The notes under the pieces are model-generated. The model was not told the DNA's origin. It did not search any database and worked only from the letters and a program-made list of their open reading frames with translations. DNA of 64,000 nt. Source: an uncultured Elusimicrobia bacterium (GTDB taxonomy: Bacteria > Elusimicrobiota > Elusimicrobia > FEN-1173). The stretch's first letter is position 1. The number at the start of each line of letters is the position of its first letter. The position numbers and the translations under genes are program-made. Shown here one piece after another: positions 9,501 to 17,579 of the stretch. The stretch is taken from positions 102,403 through 166,402 of the forward strand of contig CAYZXT010000001.1 of NCBI GenBank assembly GCA_964482515.1, read 5' to 3'.

Positions 9501-12500
9501 TTCGTCATGGGCCAGGTTCTTTCGCAGACGGACGTCAACGGCCAGACCACGCGCTACTCCTACGATGAGTTCGGCCGTCTCACCAAGGTCGTCGGCCCCA
9601 ACGACACCGACGCCAAGCCTTCCGCGGAGCATTCTTATTCGATCTATTCCGCGCCGCCGCACCGGATCACGCAAAAGAACCGGGTGGTCCACGGCAGCAC
9701 CGTCACGTTGGACACGTACACGTTCCTGGACGGCTTGGGCCGCACCGTCCAGACACGCGCGCCGTCGCCGGACGGCCGCCAGGTCGTTTCCGGTCCCGTC
9801 AAATACAATAACCGCGGCCTGGTCTCGCAAAGCTACGTTCCCTACACGGAAAACTTTTCGACAGCGTATCAGGCGCCGGTTTATTCCAACCCGACCAACA
9901 TGACGTACGATCCACTGGGCCGCGTCACCCGCGTGGATTTCCCGGACGGGACGCACAGGAACGTCGCCTATTCCGGCTGGACGGAGACCGGCGTGGACGC
10001 CAACGGCCATTCCAAGCAAATGATCAAGGACGCCTTCGGACGCGTCACGGAAGTCCACGAATTCAACCAGGGCGCGGAGCCTATCACACGCTATTCCTAT
10101 GATGTCATGGGACGGCTGATCGGAATCGTCAATTCCAAGGGAGACCTCACGTCCATTTCCTATGACAGTCTCGGCCGCAAGGTGGCCATGGACGATCCCC
10201 AGATGGGCCGATGGGAATACGGGTACGACGCCGACGGCAATATGACGAGCCAGAAGGACGCCAACAACAAAACCGTCGTGATGCTATACGACCGCCTGGG
10301 CCGCCTGACGCGGAAGTTCTATCCCGACGGGAAGGCGACCGCCTATCAATACGACGGCGGCGACTACGCCCGCGGACGGCTTTCCGCGATCGAATCTCCC
10401 CTGCCGTCAACGGGAACCGTCGCCACGCTTTTCCTATATGATAACCTCGGCCGCGTCGCCCGGAAGACCCGGATGCTGGACGGGCGCGTCTATTACACGC
10501 AAATATCCTACGACGCCCTGGGCCGGGAAACGGATTTGGTTTATCCGAATGGTTTCACCGTGAAGAACGAGTACGCGGCCGCGTCCCTCTCGGCCGTGAA
10601 ATCCGCAAACGGCGCCGTTTCCTATGCCTCCTTAAGTTACGATCCCGTCGCCGTGGGAAAGCTGAACCGCCTGGCTCTGGGCAACGGCGTCCGCACCGAT
10701 TACACCTACAAGCCGAACAACTTTCTGCTCAACGGCTTCGTCACCGTCAACGCGTCAAGCCAATCGCTCCAGAACTTCGGCTATTCCTACGATGGGGTGG
10801 GAAACATCTCTTCGATCGCGGACGACGCCACCAACATGAGCCAGACGTTTTCCTATGACGATCTGGACCGGTTGGTTCAGGCCGCCGGCCCCTACGGCGC
10901 CAAGACCTACGGCTATGACAGCCTGGGAAATATGACGCGGAACCCGGACGCGCCCGCGGCGGCCTGGGGTTTTGATGCCGGCGCGTCGGGGATCACGTCC
11001 GTGACCAATACGGTTTATTCCGCCAACGGCCGCTGGAACGACGGGTTGTTCTTCGATGGCACGAGCGAGGGGAAACTTTCGGGTGGGGAAAATACCTCGC
11101 CGCAGAACGCCCTAACCATCGAGCTGTGGGTGCGCCCCCTTCAATACGGCGGCGGTTACGCGGTCAACAAACCCGGCGCCTTCGGTTTCCCGCGGTTCAA
11201 CGCGGACGGCAGCATCGACGGAAAGGTCACGGTGGAAACCCCCGGCGGCGCGACAGACCGGATCATCCATGTCTCCAGCGGTATCGCCACGGCCCGCTTC
11301 AACACTTGGAAATATTATGTCATGAGTTACGACGGGGCGGCGATGAAGGTCTACATCAACGGCCAGCTGGCGGCGCAGCAGGCGTCCACCGGAACAGTCA
11401 TGTCCAACGCCAACCCGATCTTCGTCGGCAGCCCCGGCTTCACGGCGTTCGTGGATGAGGCGAACGTGCATGGCCGCGCGCTCACGGCTCAGGAGATCGC
11501 CCGGCGCTTTTCCGACGCGCCGAATTTTCCGCCGAGCCAGCCCTTCGCGCCGGTGTGGCTGTCGACGCAGACCACGACCACCGGGCAAACCGGCACGCTT
11601 TACACGTTCCTTTTCAAGGCCTGGGACCTCGACGGCGATGATTTGAAATACCGGATCGATTGGGGCGACGGCCAAGTGCAGGACACAGCTTTCGTCGTTT
11701 CTGGAAGTTCGGTCTTGGCGGCCCACGCCTGGCCCGCGGTTGGCCAGTACGCCATCCGGATGAAGGCGATCCAGGACGGCAGCGGCGATCTGGAGTCGGA
11801 GTGGAGTCCCGCCTTCACGATTTTCGCGGACACGCCCATCGTCGCCGCCATGAACGGCATTCCGCTGGTGGGTTATTCCGCCTCCACAGGTTCGACCGCG
11901 GACTATTCCCTGGAGAATACCGCCGGGGAGCCGGTCGTGGCGCGCAGCACTTCAACCGCCCATCGGATGGCGCTGGGTTATCAGGGAGCGATCGGCGCCC
12001 GGAGCGACTGGTGGAGTTTGGTTCTGGGCGCGTCCGGCCCTGGCGGAACGGAACCTACGCCGCCGGCGAAGCCGGCCGCCGTTGATTTGGTGAGCCTTTC
12101 CGGTGACACCGCGGAGCAGGCGGGCGTCATCGCCTGGGGCCTGCGGCTGAACCCCGCGGCGGAGTTTAAGGACTCCAACGGGAATTTCCAATTGATTCCC
12201 GGACGCTGGATCAAGTATGATCTCGATAACCGTCCCGTGCGCGTGATTACGGCGGACGCTACCCGGACCGACTACGCCTACGACCACGAAGGGCAGCGCG
12301 TGCGGATGTCCGTGACGCCCTACGGCGGCTTGACCAGCACTACGGCCTACATCGGAACGATCTACGAGGAAGTGACGTCCACGGCGGGGACAACGACCTT
12401 TGCATACATCCACGCGGGCGGGCAGAGGGTGGCCGTGCGGGAGTCCGACGAAACGCTGAACTACTTCCTGCCGGACCACTTGGGGAGCACGCACCGGATG

Positions 12501-13583
12501 GCGGACAGCGCCGGCAACGTCGTCCGCACCAACCTGTATCTTCCCTTCGGCGGGACGTTTTCCACCGGCGGCACGGAGGATTCTCCCTGGAAATACACCG
12601 GCCAACGCCTCGACGACCCCACGGGATTGTATTACTACAACGCCAGATACTACGATCCGAGTTTGGGGAGGTTCATAACGGCTGACACAATTATTCAGGA
12701 TCCATACGACCCGCAGTTTCTTAATCGATATTCCTATTGCAGAAATAATCCAGTAAATAATACTGATCCTTCTGGACATCTGTCATTTAAATTGAGAAAC
12801 GTTTTGGCGACACCCCTCCTTGGAGCTGGTGCGTTTAGTGTTCATCATTGGCATGCTCCCACGATGTGGAACCGCAATAGAGACTCCATTGTTAACGGGG
12901 GAATTGCTTTCATTACAGGCGGTCCAATTGCCGCTGGTGCCGCATTCATCGCGACACAATTTGTTCAATCTCATGCGGGACAACACTTAAGTGGAGAAAT
13001 GGCAAAGATTCTTTATCGAAATGATATTATGAATGAACGTCAGGCGCATTTGTGGTCCGAAGCTATTCTTATGGTCGCGGTTTCTTTGAGCATAGAGAAA
13101 GTCATGGCTTCTGCGTCCGGTGGATTAGCATCGGGGCCAAGAGATTATGATTCCACAAAAGACGCTGATTTATTAAATGGCGGAGGCACAAATCTTGGTA
13201 GAACTCCCCAGGATATACAACGCGAAATTGAAATGGGTAATAAAGCAGCACATCTTAGTGTGATTGAATCTAAAGATGGTACAAAAGCGTTGATAGGGGA
13301 TGTGCCGGTAAATAATCTCGCAATTGCCGATAAACTCAATATCACGCACACTTCTTCAGTTGTTCCCGGATTATCTTCCTCATCTCGCTCTGGCTGGTCG
13401 TATCTTTATCATGGAACGTGTCAGCAATATACGAATGCGAACCTGCTGCGATCAGGATTTGGAGGGACAACGGTTGGCGTCCTTCGAGTAGGGTATACAA
13501 GCAATGTTGTATATGGAATATATGGAGGGCAACTATTATCAAAAATTGCATATGGTTCTTGGCAGAGTGAGCATCATTGGTAG
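6555..13583 (+). CDS. secreted SpvB/TcdB-N + FG-GAP propeller + YD/RHS-repeat protein with LamG and PKD inserts, RHS core and variable C-terminal domain (Tc-toxin B-C fusion-like polymorphic toxin)
   Basis: - Signal peptide ...SSLAWA/VEK.
- SpvB/TcdB N-domain pattern ([65 protein letters not shown]).
- Seven GDFNGDG blades.
- Many YD repeats (YxYDxxGN/R).
- LamG-like LTIELWVRP...KVYINGQL.
- PKD-like YRIDWGDGQ.
- RHS core ending [14 protein letters not shown]...[11 protein letters not shown]. Confidence 0.9.
   Translation: [2342 protein letters not shown]
7557..8575 (+). repeat. seven tandem FG-GAP/VCBS-type blade repeats (about 48-52 codons each) inside the RHS gene
   Basis: Reiterated (W/V/T)GDFNGDG(L/R)xD..F(Y)...TWVG(L/V)S.G..F.YQ.W units counted by eye in the translation, starting [13 protein letters not shown] at nt 7557. 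Confidence 0.8.
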
Positions 13584-13590
13584 GCATGAA

Positions 13591-14298
13591 ATGAAACCAG
13601 GGGTTGTTTTGTTGGCCGTTTTGTTTTCTCTCGCCAGTTTAGGGCAATTGTACGCTGGCAAGGCAGTTGAGAAATCAACCGTTCTTAGGGTTAGTTTCCC
13701 AAATTTGAGGTTGAAACCGACCGCTTTGCCAAATCGAGGAATTATCAATGGTTTGGATTTAGGTTTGCCAATATCGGAGGCTCAAACTATACGAGGATTA
13801 CAATTTACCTTAATTGGTTCGAAATCCGGCAATGCTTACGGGATCCAGGTCGGACCTTTAGGATCAATCGCTCAACAGATGCATGGATTGCAGATGAGTT
13901 TGATTGTAAATAATCCGCCTGAAGTTCTCTCCGGAATAGTTGAACCAAATAAAACTAGCGGCTTGCAGCTTGCGGGTCTAATGAACTTCAGTAAGATGAT
14001 TCGTGGTATGCAGATATCCGCTTTTAACGCTTCTGATGAAATGAAAGGATTTCAGGTTGGTGCAATAAATGGCGGTATTAATCTTAAAGGGGGGCAGATA
14101 GGAATTTGGAATATTGCTGATTCTGTTTCAGGGTTTCAAGTCGGAACTATTAATCAAAGCGATAAGGATTTAGTTGGTATTCAGATTGGGTTTTATAACT
14201 ATTGTCGAAATCTCAAGGGGATACAGCTTGGGGTTATCAATCGGATCAAAAACCGTTCTTATATGACCATTACCCCATTGATTAATTGGGCGTGGTAA
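13591..14298 (+). CDS. exported repeat protein with reiterated G-x-Q-x-G motifs
   Basis: ATG 13591 gives the signal peptide MKPGVVLLAVLFSLASLGQLYA. About 10 repeats of (G)(L/F/I/M)Q(L/V/I/F)(G/A/S) every ~17-20 aa (GLQFT, GIQVG, GLQMS, GLQLA, GMQIS, GFQVG, GGQIG, GFQVG, GIQIG, GIQLG). Confidence 0.7.
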   Translation: MKPGVVLLAVLFSLASLGQLYAGKAVEKSTVLRVSFPNLRLKPTALPNRGIINGLDLGLPISEAQTIRGLQFTLIGSKSGNAYGIQVGPLGSIAQQMHGLQMSLIVNNPPEVLSGIVEPNKTSGLQLAGLMNFSKMIRGMQISAFNASDEMKGFQVGAINGGINLKGGQIGIWNIADSVSGFQVGTINQSDKDLVGIQIGFYNYCRNLKGIQLGVINRIKNRSYMTITPLINWAW

Positions 14299-14349
14299 AT
14301 CAGGAAAACAAACCGTGCCGGAATTGACAGATTAACAGGAGGCTATCCA

Positions 14350-15063
14350 GTGAAAACGATTCTGCGTATCCTTCCGCTCGCTTTGATTTTTCTTGTCTGT
14401 TCTTGCAACAAGGGGCAAAAAGATAGGCTCCTTCTCGGGAAGGGTGCAGACGAAGATGTTTTATCGGCCACACATGGATCGCTTGTTCTTATGCAGGGGG
14501 GTGTTTCTTCTCCGAGTCCGCAATATGCTCCCATAGGGTCGGGTAGTTTCAGTCCGCCCGCATCCGTACTTGGTAGCGTGGCCACCGGAATTACCATCAC
14601 GTCCTTGGAAATATCTACCGATGGGAACACCTGGATCCCAATCATTTCTCCTGACAAACCGTTGCGCGTCGCCCTGTCTGGATCCATGGGAAACCTCATG
14701 AACTTGAATGTGGATCCCGTGAGAGTGCCCGCGGGCGAGTACAGCGCGGTCAGGATTAAGTTTCAGCCTGATCCTGAGCAGCAGTATGAAGAAAGCGGGA
14801 TTGTTTATGACTACACGCCTCTTCCTTATATCTTTACGACCACCAACGGAAGTATGTGGACGGCCCGTAATGAAGGACAGATCGATACCTTGACAGTATC
14901 AAGCAGGAATGGATTTTTGGTTCCGTTTACTATAGAGAGAGGGAAAACAATGTATTTAGCGCTGGGAATATCGAACAGTGGCTTCAATTATCTGAACACC
15001 ACACTCAATGTTTATATGTGGAGCATATCCGTAGTTGTTCGCGCCACTCGATTGGCGGCCTAG
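14350..15063 (+). CDS. probable lipoprotein (DUF4382-like beta-sandwich, tentative)
   Basis: GTG start 7 nt after AGGAGG. N-terminus MKTILRILPLALIFLVCSCNKG with Cys after the hydrophobic core. The LEISTDGNTWIPI...VPAGEYSAVRIKF pattern resembles DUF4382. Confidence 0.6.
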   Translation: MKTILRILPLALIFLVCSCNKGQKDRLLLGKGADEDVLSATHGSLVLMQGGVSSPSPQYAPIGSGSFSPPASVLGSVATGITITSLEISTDGNTWIPIISPDKPLRVALSGSMGNLMNLNVDPVRVPAGEYSAVRIKFQPDPEQQYEESGIVYDYTPLPYIFTTTNGSMWTARNEGQIDTLTVSSRNGFLVPFTIERGKTMYLALGISNSGFNYLNTTLNVYMWSISVVVRATRLAA

Positions 15064-15064
15064 C

Positions 15065-15928
15065 ATGGAAAAACTGATGTTGTGGTCTATTATCGCTGGG
15101 ATGGCGTTCGCTTGCCTGGCCACAAACGGTCGGTGCGAACCGCTGATTTTGGAACAGGCGTCCAATGTGGCTGGAAAGGGGCAGATTGAGGTTGGACTGA
15201 ACGGAGCCTACGGCACCGATGAATTTACGTTGGCAGGTTCCCAGGGAACGGATTTCACCTACACTGCTCAACGGTACGACTTTTTCCTGAGGCACGGATT
15301 TACCAATCGACTGGAATGGAAAGCGATTGCTCCTTTTGTGGCATGGACGATGCGGCAAGAGAGCTCATCCATGAAAACTTCACAAACGAAAAGTGGTTTC
15401 GGCGACATGGGGTTCCAAATAAAAGCGAATCTTTGGACGATCAACAACGCCGTCGATACGGCGGTTTTGATGAATGTTATTTTGCCAACAGGGGACGCTA
15501 ACAAAGGACTCGGAGAGGGTTTGAATTTGACGCCAGGAGTCGTTTTAAGCCGGAAGTCCGGCGTACTGCCGCTGGATATGAATCTTGCCTACAGTGTGAC
15601 GCGCGAATATACGGTTTCTGGGACTAAAGTGAATACTGGGGATGTCGTCCTGTATGGTATTTCCGGAGGTTATAAAAAAGGAGCTTGGACTTTCTTAACG
15701 GAGTTGATCGGAGAAACCTTTGGGCAAGAGAAACAGAATGGAATCAATGTGTCTAAAACGGCGGGAAGCCGATTGGACTTGGTTCCAGGGATTCGATACC
15801 ATCGGGGCACCCTAAAGTTAAAAAGTGGGGTGAAAGTCGCGTTGGGGCAGGAATCCATGAGACAGTATGACTGGCAAGCTTTTCTTGGCGTGAGTGTGTC
15901 GGGGCGTCTTTCCTTCCGCATGAATTAA
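15065..15928 (+). CDS. outer-membrane beta-barrel, MetA-pathway/transporter (Phenol_MetA_deg-like) family
   Basis: ATG 15065 lies 1 nt after the upstream stop. Signal peptide; alternating beta-strand pattern; GFGDMGFQIK...ILPTGDANKGLGEG is typical of that family. Confidence 0.6.
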   Translation: MEKLMLWSIIAGMAFACLATNGRCEPLILEQASNVAGKGQIEVGLNGAYGTDEFTLAGSQGTDFTYTAQRYDFFLRHGFTNRLEWKAIAPFVAWTMRQESSSMKTSQTKSGFGDMGFQIKANLWTINNAVDTAVLMNVILPTGDANKGLGEGLNLTPGVVLSRKSGVLPLDMNLAYSVTREYTVSGTKVNTGDVVLYGISGGYKKGAWTFLTELIGETFGQEKQNGINVSKTAGSRLDLVPGIRYHRGTLKLKSGVKVALGQESMRQYDWQAFLGVSVSGRLSFRMN

Positions 15929-16072
15929 TGCGTAACATTAGAAATAATTGCTGATTTTTTCAAAACCCGCCACACTTCCGCAGTTAGCTGTCCCCCGCCC
16001 TGGACGATCCCGCCGGACTTTATTAACATAGTCCCAATCGAAACCTTGCGAAGGGGGCTCCCTGTGGCTGCC

Positions 16073-16855
16073 GTGAAAATTCCTCCCACGCTTTTGTTCT
16101 TGTCCGTTTTTTGTCTCGTTCCCGCGCTCCGCGCCGAGTGGATCGAACCGGCCGCGTCCACGATGACCGTTCCCGCTTCCGATACGCCTGCGCCGGAAAG
16201 CGGGCAAAGCGCCCCCGCGCCCGCCGTTTCCGAATTTCCACCGATCCCCCAAGCCGACCGCGTGCGCGCGTTCATCAGCCTGGAGGGGTTCCACCGGTCC
16301 TTCGGGGGAGACTTCAACGGCGATACGTTCGTGGTGGCGAGCGATAATTCGCAGGCGATCCTGGTTCCCAAGATCAAGGGTGGAAACGGCCTCGCGGGGA
16401 AGTTGGGCGTGCGCCGCTTCTCGGACCGCGCGGTCGACATCGGGGCGGACGTGGGCTTCAGCGTGTCCTCCCATCGCGGCGAACAGATGCCGTGGAGCGG
16501 CGATGTCGCGTTGTTGACGTTTGACGGGAACCTGTCGGTTTATTTCAATTCGGTTTCGCGCGCCCTGACGCCCTACCTCACGGCCGGTTTGACGCTGCCC
16601 TTCCTGAACATCGACAACGGCGCGTTCACGCCGGGAGGAAGGGAACAGTCCGCCCTCTACACCGGCTTTGGTTTCAACGCCGGGGCCGGGCTGGAATGGA
16701 CGATGGGGGAACATTGGGCCCTGCAAGGCGGCGTGCTGTTCAAATGGATGGAATTCACCAACGTCAACGGCATCGACGCGAAACGACTCGAATTGGATGA
16801 CGGACTGGCCCTGTCCGGCGTCTCGCCGCGCCTCGGCTTGATGTATTTCTTTTGA
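16073..16855 (+). CDS. outer-membrane beta-barrel protein (OmpA-like/porin-family barrel)
   Basis: Signal peptide (V)KIPPTLLFLSVFCLVPALRA/EW, alternating amphipathic strands, and a C-terminal ...LGLMYFF terminal-Phe OMP signature. The start is uncertain (TTG 16046, GTG 16064 or 16073). Confidence 0.65.
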   Translation: MKIPPTLLFLSVFCLVPALRAEWIEPAASTMTVPASDTPAPESGQSAPAPAVSEFPPIPQADRVRAFISLEGFHRSFGGDFNGDTFVVASDNSQAILVPKIKGGNGLAGKLGVRRFSDRAVDIGADVGFSVSSHRGEQMPWSGDVALLTFDGNLSVYFNSVSRALTPYLTAGLTLPFLNIDNGAFTPGGREQSALYTGFGFNAGAGLEWTMGEHWALQGGVLFKWMEFTNVNGIDAKRLELDDGLALSGVSPRLGLMYFF

Positions 16856-16869
16856 TATAGTGGAGAACT

Positions 16870-17559
16870 ATGAAACTGTCCGTCGTCATCCCCTGCTATA
16901 ACGAGGCCGCGACCGTGGAGACGTTGCTGCGCGCGGTTCAATCTTCGCCCGTGGCGGACAAGGAAATCATCGCCGTGGACGACGCCTCCTCGGACGGCAC
17001 GTGGGAAAAACTGAAGTCCATCCAGGGGATTCCCGGCCTGCGCGTGTTCCGCCACGAGAAGAACCAGGGCAAAGGCGCGGCCCTGCGCACGGGTATCGCC
17101 CAGGCCACGGGCGACATCGTGATCATCCAGGACGCGGACCTCGAATACGACCCCGCCGAGCATCCCCATATCATCCAACCGATCCTAGACGGCAAAGCCG
17201 ACGTCGTGTACGGGTCCCGTTTCGTGGGCGCGGGTCCTCACCGCGTGGTTTATTACTGGCACTGGGTGGGGAACTACTTCCTGACGACGCTTTCCAACAT
17301 GTTCACCAACATCAACCTCACGGACATGGAGACCTGTTTCAAAGCTTTCCGCCGGGAAGTCATCCAGTCCATCAAGATCGAGGAAGACCGCTTCGGCTTC
17401 GAGCCCGAGATCACCGCGAAGGTGGTGAAAAAGCGTTGCCGAATCTACGAAGTCGGCATCTCCTATTCCGGCCGGACCTACGAAGAGGGCAAGAAGATCG
17501 GCTGGCGTGACGGCGTCCGCGCGATCTGGTGCATACTCAAATACAACCTGTTCTCTTAA
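16870..17559 (+). CDS. family 2 glycosyltransferase (polyprenyl-phosphate glycosyltransferase-like)
   Basis: [30 protein letters not shown] (DxD); 229 aa. Confidence 0.85.
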   Translation: MKLSVVIPCYNEAATVETLLRAVQSSPVADKEIIAVDDASSDGTWEKLKSIQGIPGLRVFRHEKNQGKGAALRTGIAQATGDIVIIQDADLEYDPAEHPHIIQPILDGKADVVYGSRFVGAGPHRVVYYWHWVGNYFLTTLSNMFTNINLTDMETCFKAFRREVIQSIKIEEDRFGFEPEITAKVVKKRCRIYEVGISYSGRTYEEGKKIGWRDGVRAIWCILKYNLFS

Positions 17560-17579
17560 ATGCTAACATCCCATTTCAA

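Larger units (their letters stand above)
12650..15960. other. AT-richer compositional island: RHS 3' tip plus three exported-protein genes
   Basis: Hand count gives 23/60 G+C for nt 13141-13200 against 36/60 for nt 10201-10260 in the RHS core. The drop starts just upstream of the DPSGH motif and ends after the stop at 15928. Confidence 0.6.

Noticed and set aside
13504-13590. An upstream extension of the G-x-Q-x-G repeat protein ORF overlapping the RHS 3' end. Analogous extensions occur at 15035, 30758, 33210, 38126, 46124 and 52030.
   Set aside because: In each case an internal ATG/GTG directly at or overlapping the preceding stop yields a proper signal peptide or a conserved N-terminus. 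The extensions overlap the end of the upstream gene.
12650-15960. Calling the two AT-richer islands (this one and 48430-55290) mobile elements.
   Set aside because: No integrase, transposase, recombinase, tRNA target or convincing flanking direct repeats are visible. A weak similarity between 48495-48510 (caaaacaaaaatcac) and 55260-55275 (caacacaaaatcccc) is too short and imperfect to call an att site. They are reported only as compositional islands.
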